A program made the translations under genes and the position numbers. A stretch of 64,000 bases of DNA from Parcubacteria group bacterium GW2011_GWA2_43_13. Lineage in GTDB: Bacteria > Patescibacteriota > Patescibacteriia > UBA9629 > GWA2-43-13. This document shows positions 30,057 through 39,679 of the stretch, piece by piece (the first letter of the stretch is position 1; each line of letters starts with the position of its first letter). The stretch covers positions 436 through 64,435 of the forward strand of contig LCFM01000002.1 in the NCBI GenBank assembly GCA_000999025.1, given 5' to 3'. The notes under the pieces were generated by a model. The model saw nothing but the letters and a program-made list of their open reading frames with translations. It ran no database searches and had not been told where the DNA came from.

Positions 30057-30392
30057 TTATGAAACAGATGCAATCATATCCGCGGCTTCTTGCCGCCATT
30101 TCATAGAAAATAATTCAAATGATTGTTGCAATATCGCGCTAAGGTCAACCGTAGCAGAAGCAAAAAACTCATCAAGCTGGTCTTGCCCGCCATCTCGGAT
30201 AATTTTTTCAAGTTCACTGCGCTTGTCAGTAGATAAGGAAAAAAATACTCTCTCCCCGACAAAAGCATTCAGATCCTGCGTTATGATTTGCCGTAATGCC
30301 TCTTGCTGATCAGCAGGCAATACATCTATTCCAATATCATGGCACACGCCATCAATAAACTCCTGTATACCACTATCTTTTTGTTGATCCAT
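30057..30392 (-). CDS. Small acidic CPR protein, possibly DUF5663-like
   Basis: IGIDVLPADQQEALRQII...LSTDKRSELEKII pattern. Confidence 0.6.
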   Translation of the reverse strand: MDQQKDSGIQEFIDGVCHDIGIDVLPADQQEALRQIITQDLNAFVGERVFFSLSTDKRSELEKIIRDGGQDQLDEFFASATVDLSAILQQSFELFSMKWRQEAADMIASVS

Positions 30393-30537
30393 AGGGTGAT
30401 TGAGAAGTAAATAATTCTTTTGGCTTTCTATAGTATACTGCGCTCTTGAGAAAAAACGCAACACAACCCTTGACTGGTAATGATTTTTTAAGTACAGTAA
30501 GGTTTGTTATCTTTATATTTCTTATATTAGAAAATCT

Positions 30538-30717
30538 ATGGCAAAATCGTGTTATGTATGCGGTAGGGGATCCAGCATGATGCAGTTTCGGTCTCATTCC
30601 ATGGTTGCGACAAAACGGCGCGTATATCCAAACCTGCAAACAAAAAAAATCGAAGGCAAGCGCAGAACTGTGTGCGCGCGATGTATCAAAACATCTTCCA
30701 AAGCACTTGTTGCGTAA
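30538..30717 (+). CDS. rpmB: 50S ribosomal protein L28 (59 aa, absent from the ORF track)
   Basis: MAKSCYVCGRGS...RSHSMVATKRRVYPNLQ...VCARCIKT. Confidence 0.95.
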   Translation: MAKSCYVCGRGSSMMQFRSHSMVATKRRVYPNLQTKKIEGKRRTVCARCIKTSSKALVA

Positions 30718-30827
30718 AAAAGGGCGAAAGCCCTTTTTTTGTTTTTTTCTTGCTTTTCACGCCTGCATTTTCTAATATACCTGTATATCCCGTAGAGACG
30801 TATTGCCATACGCCTCTACACTAATAT

Positions 30828-30900
30828 CGGGGTGTGGCGCAGCTGGTAGCGCGCATGCATGGGGTGCATGAGGCCGCCCGTTCAAGTCGGGTCACCCCGA
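30828..30900 (+). tRNA. tRNA-Pro(GGG), CCA not encoded
   Basis: Acceptor CGGGGTG/CACCCCG, anticodon arm CATGC-ATGGGGT-GCATG, GTTCAAGT T-loop. Confidence 0.95.
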
Positions 30901-31001
30901 TACTGCATCTTAACAACACACATACAAAACGCATACAGTGTGATACACTCTAATTATTCATTTTGTCATTTTTAAATGAACGACTTATCGTTCACATATC
31001 T

Positions 31002-32039
31002 ATGGACACACCATCTCTTACTCATCATAAACAAGTCATCCCGGTGGGAACGCTTTTTAAAGTAGCGTACCGGCGCATGAAAAACCGCGCAAAAACTCTT
31101 TTTGCTATTGCCGGAATATATGCGCTTGCTCTTATTCTCTTTGGAATTTTTACCGATGTTATACCTAAAACAAATTCTGCCTTATACCCCCTTGTAATAG
31201 TCATTATCTATATTATATACCTCGTAATCGGATGGTGGGCAGGACCAGCCATTGTTGATGGCGCTATTCGAGAAGATAACGCGCCGTTTTCTTCAGTCGC
31301 GCGCAATGGATTGCGGTATGCTTTCCCATTTATAGGAATCGCTCTGGTAGGTAGTTGGATGATATTAGGTGGATTTATTGCATTTGGTATCCCGGGTATC
31401 GCCATTATGACCCAACTGATATTTGCTTCAGCAATCTATGTTCACAAAAAAACTAAAATAATGGAATCATTGCGGCTTTCCCGTTTATTGGTAAAAGGAA
31501 GATGGTGGGCAGTGTTTGGACGAACGGCATTAATAGGGCTTGTTATTTACGGATTTCTGTTAGTATTACTTCTTATTGCGTGGTTGTTAGGCACTCTTAT
31601 TGGGGAGAATACAGGCACGAAGATAATGAGTGCGATTATCATGGGTATCTTTTTACTTGTGTATCTCCCTTATGTAATGTGCTATATTGCGGAACTCTAT
31701 CACGACCTTGATAAAACAAAACAACAGCCGGACGAAAAACAGATACAAAAAAATAAAACCTTTCTCAAGGTATTTATGATCCTCGGCATTGTAGGACTTC
31801 CTTTGATTATTGGTATTGTTACTACAATTGCCATATACTCTGTTAATAATTTTCGCAAAGCAAGTACCAATGATATCCCTGCGTCATGGCAGATTGATGA
31901 TTCAGATACTACGATAATTCCAGATGACGCCTCTCTGGAAAATGCGGACATTCCTTTAAATGGTACCACGCAGTTAGATGAAGCGGATATTGAAGCATTA
32001 TTACAGCAGTATCAAGAACAAAGCGCACCTGTTGATTAA
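31002..32039 (+). CDS. Multi-pass membrane protein with acidic C-terminal tail
   Basis: About 7 TM helices; SLRLSRLLVKGRWWAVFGR resembles GDPD-membrane-anchor-like families. Confidence 0.75.
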   Translation: MDTPSLTHHKQVIPVGTLFKVAYRRMKNRAKTLFAIAGIYALALILFGIFTDVIPKTNSALYPLVIVIIYIIYLVIGWWAGPAIVDGAIREDNAPFSSVARNGLRYAFPFIGIALVGSWMILGGFIAFGIPGIAIMTQLIFASAIYVHKKTKIMESLRLSRLLVKGRWWAVFGRTALIGLVIYGFLLVLLLIAWLLGTLIGENTGTKIMSAIIMGIFLLVYLPYVMCYIAELYHDLDKTKQQPDEKQIQKNKTFLKVFMILGIVGLPLIIGIVTTIAIYSVNNFRKASTNDIPASWQIDDSDTTIIPDDASLENADIPLNGTTQLDEADIEALLQQYQEQSAPVD

Positions 32040-32266
32040 AAATCTTGCATAATCATCCCTCCTGTAGAGACGGGGTTAACCTCGTCTCTATTTTGTTAAC
32101 CTCCCCCTACCCTCTCCTCCACGATGAAGGGGTAGGGGGAGGTTAACATTAAATTGACATTAAAAAACAAATATGTGTATTATTATCATAGTTTCGTTCT
32201 TCGACTACGACCTCACTTCTCTGATCAGCACAGTGCTGTCGGAGAATTTTTTTCTGGAGACATCGC

Positions 32267-32587
32267 GTGGGACTACGACATCTGCGAGGAGTGCCTATTG
32301 AATCGACTCGCACAACAGAGTGCGAACGACAAAAGGCAGTACTGAAGCAACTCATGCACGCTCAATGCGAGCATGTTCAAAGTATTGCCGCAGTACTCCT
32401 TACGCAAATCACCTTCTTTCAGCCGCTCAATCCTTTAACTACGGTGGACATGGCTCAACTCTTCCCGGCAGATACCATCGCTTTCCTTGGGTCAGACGAT
32501 GCTGATACCAGGGAAACCCTTTTCAAGGGCAATCCCGAGGTATCTGCGTGGTGCGTTGTCGCTAATGCGCTTTTCCCTGCTTCATGA
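32267..32587 (+). CDS. Orphan hypothetical protein
   Basis: GTG start after GGAG; TTGACA-18-TATTAT promoter at 32154-32183. Confidence 0.45.
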   Translation: MGLRHLRGVPIESTRTTECERQKAVLKQLMHAQCEHVQSIAAVLLTQITFFQPLNPLTTVDMAQLFPADTIAFLGSDDADTRETLFKGNPEVSAWCVVANALFPAS

Positions 32588-32599
32588 AAGGTTCGACGC

Positions 32600-32944
32600 A
32601 TGGGGATTTCAACCATAGCCCAACCGTCAATTCCACACATTTCTCCTCTCTCCATGAACACCCAAGGCCTGGCCGCATTCTTACTAATCACCCTTCGCAA
32701 CGATCTTCCGTACTGGCAACAACGCGTCCCGATATGCAAGCGTGAAATCGCTTGGGCATTGAAGGCATATCTCGAAGGAGATGCGCCAAGGCCCGATCGC
32801 ACAACAGTCAAAGCGGCGATTATTGCCACGTACCAAAGAGGTAATAGGGGGAGTTTTAATCACCCCTCACATCTCATGGAATTCGAATGCGTATTTAATG
32901 ATGCATGGCATCAAATTACGTCATTTGTAAGCGTCAGTGCATAA
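32600..32944 (+). CDS. Orphan hypothetical protein
   Basis: Follows the previous ORF; terminator ACGGCTACA...TGTAGCCGT-T-run at about 32963-33000. Confidence 0.5.
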   Translation: MGISTIAQPSIPHISPLSMNTQGLAAFLLITLRNDLPYWQQRVPICKREIAWALKAYLEGDAPRPDRTTVKAAIIATYQRGNRGSFNHPSHLMEFECVFNDAWHQITSFVSVSA

Positions 32945-33087
32945 CGCGTCCATCACATAGCCACGGCTACACATCCTCTGTAGCCGTTTCTTTTTTTATT
33001 GATTTTCTTGCCCATCTTGGTATGATGAAAATACCTTAATTGTTTCGTATTATTCTTCGAGAGCTTCGAATTTCGTATTTTAAAACT

Positions 33088-34545
33088 ATGGCCCTCCATG
33101 ACGAAATCACAACCCGAAAAAACCAGCTCGCAAAAATCCGCGAATGTGGTATCCATCCGTATCCTGAAAAATATCCCAAAGATAAAGCAATGGCTGATAT
33201 TCTTTCGTTAAAAGAAGGCGAGCAAATCTCAACCGCGGGTCGCATTACTTCAATCCGCACAATGGGCAAAATCACGTTTTGCCATATTTCAGATATAAGC
33301 GGAAAAATTCAAATCGTTATTCAAGAAGATACAATCGGAAAAGATGTGTACAAGCAATTTCATGATATCTATTCAATTGGCGATTTTATCGGTGCGAGTG
33401 GAGAACTCTTTACAACAAAAAGTGGCGAACTTTCAATCAAAGCAACTTCCACGACATTTTTAGGCAAAGCGCTGTTACCGTTGCCGGAAAAATGGGCAGG
33501 GCTCAAAGACACAGAAACCAAATACCGCCAACGCTATCTTGACCTGATTGCAAATCCGGAAAGTAAAAAACTCTTTTTATTCCGCAGTAATGTCATTAAG
33601 GCGGTGCGGGAATTTTACTGGCGCAATGGGTTTCAAGAAGTGGAAACACCAACATTATTGCATGTCGCAACCGGCGCTGTGGCAAACCCATACAAAACGC
33701 ATCATACTGCCCTTAATCAGGATTTATTTTTGCGCATCTCACACGAGTTGCCGTTAAAAGAACTCATTGTCGGAGGATTTGAAAAAATTTTTGAAATAGG
33801 AAAAGCATTCCGCAACGAAGGTATTGATCCATCTCATCTTCCTGAACACACACATCTTGAACATTACTCCGCGTACTGGAATTTTGAAGACAATATCGCG
33901 TTTACGGAAAAAATGTTTTCGTATTTGTTTGAAACATTAGGGATCGCTCAAACGCTTGTCATGGATAGCGGAGTTGAAGTTCAGCTCAAACAGCCATGGC
34001 CGAGATATAACTTTGTGGAATTGATCAAAGAAAAAACAGGCATTGATGTTTTAGCGTATGAAGCGGCAGATACCTTGCGATCGGACATTAAGAAAAAAAA
34101 TATTTCCTTTGATGGAATTGATCAGATGTCGCTTGCAGGATTGATGGATAATCTGTATAAAAAAATTGTGCGCCCGACACTTATCAATCCAACATTTTTG
34201 ACAACTTATCCTGAAATCTTACAGCCACTCGCGCGCAGAAACGATGAAAATCAAAATGTAGTAGATCAATTCCAGCTTGTTATCAATGGCTGGGAAGTGG
34301 TAAAGGCGTACAGCGAATTGGTTGACCCAATAGATCAACAGCAACGGTTTGCGCAACAATCAGAACATAAAGAGCAGGGTGAAATTGAAGTCATGGAGGG
34401 TGATGATGAATATATCACCTCTATGAAACACGGCATGCCGCCGATTTCCGGACTTGGCATGGGGCTGGATCGCCTTGTCGCGCTGTTATCCGGCAATTCC
34501 AACCTCCGTGACGTTGTGCTGTTCCCATTATTGAGGAAAAAGTAA
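33088..34545 (+). CDS. lysS: Lysine-tRNA ligase, class II
   Basis: YRQRYLDL, EVETP, FRNEG, GMPPISGLGMGLDRL. Confidence 0.97.
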   Translation: MALHDEITTRKNQLAKIRECGIHPYPEKYPKDKAMADILSLKEGEQISTAGRITSIRTMGKITFCHISDISGKIQIVIQEDTIGKDVYKQFHDIYSIGDFIGASGELFTTKSGELSIKATSTTFLGKALLPLPEKWAGLKDTETKYRQRYLDLIANPESKKLFLFRSNVIKAVREFYWRNGFQEVETPTLLHVATGAVANPYKTHHTALNQDLFLRISHELPLKELIVGGFEKIFEIGKAFRNEGIDPSHLPEHTHLEHYSAYWNFEDNIAFTEKMFSYLFETLGIAQTLVMDSGVEVQLKQPWPRYNFVELIKEKTGIDVLAYEAADTLRSDIKKKNISFDGIDQMSLAGLMDNLYKKIVRPTLINPTFLTTYPEILQPLARRNDENQNVVDQFQLVINGWEVVKAYSELVDPIDQQQRFAQQSEHKEQGEIEVMEGDDEYITSMKHGMPPISGLGMGLDRLVALLSGNSNLRDVVLFPLLRKK

Positions 34546-34591
34546 AAAAACAGGAGCGAAACGTTCTTCGCTCCTTGTTCTACTCAAACAC

Positions 34592-35179
34592 CTATTGCGC
34601 ACATCCCCTCATGTTGAGGAAATTTCGCAAAAGAAGTTTGCCATGTTCAGTCAGTATTGCCTCAGGATGAAACTGAACTCCGTACACCGGCAATGTGCGA
34701 TGCGCGACCCCCATGATCTCGCCATCGTCTGTTGACTCGGCGGTGACGCGCAGAGAACCGACAGGAAATTCCGCCCTATCAATCACCAAAGAGTGATACC
34801 GACATGCGGTAAACTTGTTTGGGATGCCCGCAAACACGCCGGTCCCATCATGCTTGATGATAGATGTCTTGCCATGCATGAGGCGCGTGGCACGAACGAT
34901 CGTACCCCCAAACACAACGCCAATCGCCTGATGACCAAGGCACACCCCCAGTACCGGAGTACCTTGATCCCCAAATGCGCGAATGGCATCAATAGAAACA
35001 CCGGCCTCTTTGGGAGTGCATGGTCCCGGAGACACGACGACATGAGATGGCCCCATGAGCAAAAGCTCACCTACCCCCAAGAGGTTATTGCGGACAACCG
35101 TAACATCACCACCCATCTCCCCAAGATACTGAACGAGGTTATAGGTGAATGAATCAAAATTGTCGATTATCAGGATCAC
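34592..35179 (-). CDS. trpG: Anthranilate synthase component II (glutamine amidotransferase)
   Basis: IDNFDSFTYNL, SPGPCTP, GVCLGHQ, RYHSL, QFHPE; Trp T-box upstream. Confidence 0.88.
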   Translation of the reverse strand: MILIIDNFDSFTYNLVQYLGEMGGDVTVVRNNLLGVGELLLMGPSHVVVSPGPCTPKEAGVSIDAIRAFGDQGTPVLGVCLGHQAIGVVFGGTIVRATRLMHGKTSIIKHDGTGVFAGIPNKFTACRYHSLVIDRAEFPVGSLRVTAESTDDGEIMGVAHRTLPVYGVQFHPEAILTEHGKLLLRNFLNMRGCAQ

Positions 35180-35184
35180 GGTTG

Positions 35185-36669
35185 CTATCCCTCCAATCCG
35201 TTATGCGCATAAGCAAGCGCGCGGAACATCCCGCCTGCTTTCCGCAAACACTCATCATGCTCACGAGCAGGGTCAGAATCCGCAACAATCCCAGCGCCTA
35301 CTTGCCAGGATATGGAGTCCTTCGTCACCACTGCCATGCGAATCGCAATAGCGACATCAAAATGCCCGTTAGGATTTACCCAACCAACAACACCGCCGTA
35401 AGGGCCGCGACGCGTTACCTCCAATTCATCAATGATCTCCATCGCGCGCACTTTCGGAGCTCCAGAGAGCGTGCCTATGGGGAAAGTGGCACGAAATGCG
35501 TCAAACTGAGAACACGTTGATCTCATCGTGCCTTCAACCGTCGAGGAAAGATGCATCACAGTCGAGTATCGTTCAACTTCCATGAAACGCGTTACTCGAA
35601 CAGTACCCGAGACGCATACCCTGCCAAGATCGTTTCTGCTAAGATCCACAAGCATGACGTGCTCTGCTTGTTCTTTTAGATCTTGTCGAAGTTCTTGAGC
35701 AAGGTATTCATCTTCTTCTGGAGTTAATCCGCGACGCCGTGTTCCCGCAAGCGGTCGCGTGATGATATCTGCCCCTGCCACGCGGATAAGCATTTCAGGA
35801 GAAGATCCGACCAGAGCACATTCTCCGCAATTCAAGAAAAAGAGGTACGGAGAAGGATTCACGCTTCGCAACGCCCGATAGAGCTGAAACGCCGACATAG
35901 TTCGCGGGACTGACAAGCGCTGTGAAAGCACTACCTGAATCACATCGCCTGCGCTAATGTAGTCCTTTGCCCGACGCACAGAATGCTCAAACTCCGATTG
36001 AGAGACCGTTGACACAGCAGACGGAAGCATCCCATGCCCGGCGCGAACTTCACAGGTTCTCTCCTCTTGAAGAAACGAGCATGTTGTATTGATACACTCA
36101 ACCGCACTGGCATACGAACCATCAACGCCTTCTCTTAAAGGGTCAGCGAATGCGACAACCGACATGGTATGTCGCACATGGTCAAACACCACGACTGTTT
36201 TCATTGTCATGAAAAAACAGTCGGCCAACCCGAGATCATCAACCGGTGCGTTTGGCAGATGTTCGATGTATCGAACCATGTCATACCCAAAGTACCCCAC
36301 ACTCGCTCCAATAAAACGAGGCAGTGAAGGAATTGACGCGCATCGGGATGCGTTGATGAACAATTCACATTCGCGGATTGGATCCACCGCCGAGAAGGTT
36401 TGAACCAACCCAGAAGTGTTGTCATGAATCGTAACGCGATTGTCCTTTGAGGAGAACGTCCGGATGGGATCCACTCCAATGCATGAATAGCGGCCCAGCC
36501 GTTCGCCACCTTCGACTGATTCAAGAAGAAACCCGCGACGCACATCGCCACCAAGGCGGAAAAACGCCGAAACCGGAGTAATGGTATCTGCTAATATTTC
36601 ATGCACAACTGGGATTCTCACCCCGGTATGTGCCTGTGCGACTGCTCGAAAATCAGCTAACGTTTGCAC
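35185..36669 (-). CDS. trpE: Anthranilate synthase component I
   Basis: FLLESVEGGERLGRYS, NPSPY, GSSPE, AEHVMLVDLSRND, GTLSGAPK, GAGIVADS; GTG start at 36669 after AAGGAG. Confidence 0.9.
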   Translation of the reverse strand: MQTLADFRAVAQAHTGVRIPVVHEILADTITPVSAFFRLGGDVRRGFLLESVEGGERLGRYSCIGVDPIRTFSSKDNRVTIHDNTSGLVQTFSAVDPIRECELFINASRCASIPSLPRFIGASVGYFGYDMVRYIEHLPNAPVDDLGLADCFFMTMKTVVVFDHVRHTMSVVAFADPLREGVDGSYASAVECINTTCSFLQEERTCEVRAGHGMLPSAVSTVSQSEFEHSVRRAKDYISAGDVIQVVLSQRLSVPRTMSAFQLYRALRSVNPSPYLFFLNCGECALVGSSPEMLIRVAGADIITRPLAGTRRRGLTPEEDEYLAQELRQDLKEQAEHVMLVDLSRNDLGRVCVSGTVRVTRFMEVERYSTVMHLSSTVEGTMRSTCSQFDAFRATFPIGTLSGAPKVRAMEIIDELEVTRRGPYGGVVGWVNPNGHFDVAIAIRMAVVTKDSISWQVGAGIVADSDPAREHDECLRKAGGMFRALAYAHNGLEG

Positions 36670-36730
36670 TTTCTTGCTCCTTTGCAAGATGCGCGAGTTG
36701 AGTTGTGAGAAAGAACGACGCACGAGGAGA

Positions 36731-37065
36731 AACAAAAAACCCCTCATCCTTATGCGTATCAAAAAATACGCAACAAGGACGAAGGGTCTTCTTTATTTTT
36801 TAACAAAAAAGAGACACTCCGCGGTGCCACCTTGGTTCCTATCAATATATATCATTGACATTGATAGGCACTTTTCGTGTACTCCTTTGCGGGATATACA
36901 ATATCCTATGGTAACGGAGGAAACCGGATTATGCTACAATCATAGCTGATTTTCGCATAACCATCTGGCCTGGTCCATCGATACCGCATAAGTGAGAAGT
37001 CCTTTCAGCCCATGAGACCTCCTCTCTTGCACTCTTGCTATGGCATCTATTCCAAGCTCTTAACG
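36731..37065 (-). ncRNA. T-box riboswitch, Trp specifier, with terminator and antiterminator
   Basis: Stem I AGAGA and GCTGAAA motifs; specifier TGG at 36975-36977; stem II S-turn; CCGTTAC; T-box AAGGTGGCACCGCG at 36820-36833 pairing with CGTCCTT; terminator with U-run. Confidence 0.9.
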
Positions 37066-37092
37066 ATGTTGACATTGTTAATGAACACTATA

Positions 37093-37121
37093 AGTATATA
37101 GTATCATTTCATTTTTGTCAA
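37093..37121 (-). promoter_or_regulatory. Near-consensus sigma70 promoter of the T-box/trpEG unit
   Basis: TTGACA-17-TATACT. Confidence 0.85.
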
Positions 37122-37497
37122 ATGCAATCAAAAAAAGCAACACCCTCTCGGGGCGGTTGCGCCCGAAAGAGGGTGTGCTTAGTGACCATGGTGTACCATA
37201 TACCCTTGGTGCCTTACTCAAGAAGCGTAATGTGCCCCCCAATGATAATCGGTCTCTTGCGAGACGCGTGGATCCGCACTCACACTCCGCAGAGTATAAG
37301 TATAAAGATCGTTGTTAGGAGACGTTATAGAACACTTTTTACACTCCCCTTGTAAAGCACTTTTATTATAGCAAAATAGAGATTAAAAGAAAATGAATAA
37401 CCTTGCCATTGTGTGCAAAATAAAAACAGGGTTATTAAAAAAACAGAGGTTATGCGTATAACTTCCGTTCAAAGTCATTTGCATAACCCTTCTGTCT

Positions 37498-37713
37498 TCA
37501 ATTGAAGACAATCTCCGTCCCTTCGGGGTAACGCTCTACCCAATCTTTCCCTAAATGCGTCCGAACAAATTCTTCAAAGGTAACGATATCGTCACCGACG
37601 TCATTATCACCGACGTCATCGTCACCGATGTCATCGTCCTCAACGACCAAAGATGATGCTGGAGGATCGGGGAAAACAAGCGTCCTCCCTCTAACACACA
37701 CACGTACAGGCAT
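37498..37713 (-). CDS. Small acidic protein with tandem D-[DN]-D-[IV]-G repeats
   Basis: SD AGGAGAGGGAG; DDDIGDDDVGDNDVGDD encoded by 15-nt tandem repeats; terminator downstream. Confidence 0.5.
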   Translation of the reverse strand: MPVRVCVRGRTLVFPDPPASSLVVEDDDIGDDDVGDNDVGDDIVTFEEFVRTHLGKDWVERYPEGTEIVFN

Positions 37714-38094
37714 ACTCCCTCTCCTAAAAGAACGATGTTCTCCATCAAAAAATCCCGCTGTTCGCGCGGGGTCCTTGATGTGAACTGAATGATTCCGTGG
37801 CTATGCTCACCATCAAAGATCCCGCGTCATGCGAGATTTTGCATTGGTGTTAAATTGGTAAAAAAAACCAATATTCATAGCCATTGTGTATTTTTAATCA
37901 TATTCTCATTTTTGTCAACCATTTTTGTGTGGATAAACAACCTCACTCTAACCCCCTCCTTTATCAAGGAGGGGGTAGGGGGCGGTAAAAAAACAGGGTA
38001 AGAACGTTGTCTCACCCTTGCGCATGGAGGATCACTCAATACGGTTTGCCCTTATAAAAGAGGGATTACCTCTCCCAAGAGCGTTGGTTAAAAG

Positions 38095-38376
38095 TTACCG
38101 ATCCGACGCATTGTCTTCGACAACGATGTTGATCGTTGCTTCGGTTCCCCGAAGAACTAACCCAAAATCATTGCCGAAACAATGCCCGACATTCCGTGTC
38201 GGGCAACTGCCGTTGCAGTGCCAACACGGAATTGATCGCTCGCCAACGCCCAACATACGGGCGAGGGCGAGAATATCGTCGCGACGCCGATCTTCCATTG
38301 CCACTACCCCCTTTGTTAGAAAGATTGCTTTCCCTAACAAAAACCTCGCCCGAGTAAGGCGAGGGTCAAGGTCCAT
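38095..38376 (-). CDS. Orphan hypothetical protein with CxxC
   Basis: Own promoter TTGACA-17-TAATCT at 38483-38511; CWHCNGSC. Confidence 0.4.
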   Translation of the reverse strand: MDLDPRLTRARFLLGKAIFLTKGVVAMEDRRRDDILALARMLGVGERSIPCWHCNGSCPTRNVGHCFGNDFGLVLRGTEATINIVVEDNASDR

Positions 38377-38603
38377 GGGATTGGTTTTTTAGTATTACAC
38401 AGCACCTTTAAAACTCGCCTTATCTCTAAGGATGAGATTAATGACGACGAGTTTAATGCAATGCATGTGCATACTGAATATAAGATTAAAGTACCATTAA
38501 AATTTTGTCAACGACTTATCTGTGGATAACAAAAACAAAAGCGGGGATTATTCCCCGCCATTCGTGAGTTACTTGTCTTATATTCGTGTACCATCCGTGT
38601 CGA

Positions 38604-39197
38604 TTAAAACATAATATCCTCTTCTGCCCGCTTATACTGGTGAATCTCTTCCGGCCCAAACCATAAATGGATTTCATTATCCGCTTCTGCCTGCGTTTCA
38701 GAAGCATGCACAATATTTTTAATTGCTCTGCTTTCAAGATTTGCAACTGCCGGCGAATCAACGCTGAAATCGCCGCGAATAGTTCCCATTTCAGCAAACA
38801 CAGGTAAGGAATGGCCAACTAATTTGCGCACCATATCAATCGCGTGTATGCCCTGCACAACCATTGCCACAATCGGACCTGATGACAGGTATTCAAATAA
38901 AAGTTCTTTCACCTTCGTACCTATTTCCATTTTATTATCAGTCCCCTGCGCCGCAATAGGATCAATATTGTATTCAGTAAATGTCTTTAAGGTTTTTTCT
39001 CCAAGCCGCTCAACCCATGCAGGATCAGAGGGCAAATGTTTTTCAAGATGGTTACGATCCACCCATACCATTTTCATGGCAATAATTTTCAAACCACGCC
39101 GCTCAATACGACTCAAAATTTCCCCAATCAACCCACGCTTTACACCGTCCGGCTTTACAAGGACAAGCGTCATTTCTTGTTTCATTTTCTGATGCAT
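38604..39197 (-). CDS. ndk: Nucleoside-diphosphate kinase
   Basis: VKPDGVKRGLIGEI, GTIRGDF, NIVHAS. Confidence 0.97.
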   Translation of the reverse strand: MHQKMKQEMTLVLVKPDGVKRGLIGEILSRIERRGLKIIAMKMVWVDRNHLEKHLPSDPAWVERLGEKTLKTFTEYNIDPIAAQGTDNKMEIGTKVKELLFEYLSSGPIVAMVVQGIHAIDMVRKLVGHSLPVFAEMGTIRGDFSVDSPAVANLESRAIKNIVHASETQAEADNEIHLWFGPEEIHQYKRAEEDIMF

Positions 39198-39228
39198 AGA
39201 AAGGTTAAAATTCGAAATCTAAACCACA

Positions 39229-39630
39229 TTACTTCTTTTTACCAACCTCTTTTAAAACGGATTTGATTTTATCAGAGACCTGTTGTGGGGTCAAGTTCGC
39301 TTTCACTAAATAATCATACGCTCCAAGGGACTTCCCTTTTTCAATATCTTCATCTTGACCAAGATTTGTCAGCATAATCACAGGAATATTTTTTGTTTTT
39401 TCGTCTTTTTTCAATTTTTCCAACACCCCGAACCCGTCTACTTTTGGCATAATAATATCCAAAAGAATCAAATCAATACCGCCTTTTCCCGCCTGCGTAA
39501 TACTTTCCTCGCCGTCCTTTGCCACAACAACATTAAATCCGTCATGCGTCAATTTAGTGGTATACATTTGTGCAATAAGGTCATCATCTTCTGCAAGTAA
39601 AATAGTTGATTGGGTATCTTTGCCAGCCAT
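39229..39630 (-). CDS. Single-domain response regulator (CheY-like)
   Basis: LLAEDD, LLDIIMPKVDG, MLTN, YLVK. Confidence 0.93.
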   Translation of the reverse strand: MAGKDTQSTILLAEDDDLIAQMYTTKLTHDGFNVVVAKDGEESITQAGKGGIDLILLDIIMPKVDGFGVLEKLKKDEKTKNIPVIMLTNLGQDEDIEKGKSLGAYDYLVKANLTPQQVSDKIKSVLKEVGKKK

Positions 39631-39679
39631 AGTAAACATTTTATTTAAAATTCAGATAACTACAGTATACCACAGCGCA

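Noticed and set aside
34592-36669. pabA/pabB assignment
   Set aside because: The upstream T-box has a Trp (UGG) specifier and the LLES motif fits TrpE; kept only as a minor alternative
36670-36762. N-terminal extension or leader peptide of TrpE
   Set aside because: Overlaps the T-box terminator and has no Trp codons; the real start is GTG at 36669
37130-37360. Gene between the trp promoter and the small acidic ORF
   Set aside because: A minus-strand terminator and an SD-like GGGGAG exist, but the frame stops after 6 codons; at most a decayed remnant
37900-38530. Replication origin from DnaA boxes
   Set aside because: Boxes are single and far apart, with no cluster and no dnaA/dnaN nearby
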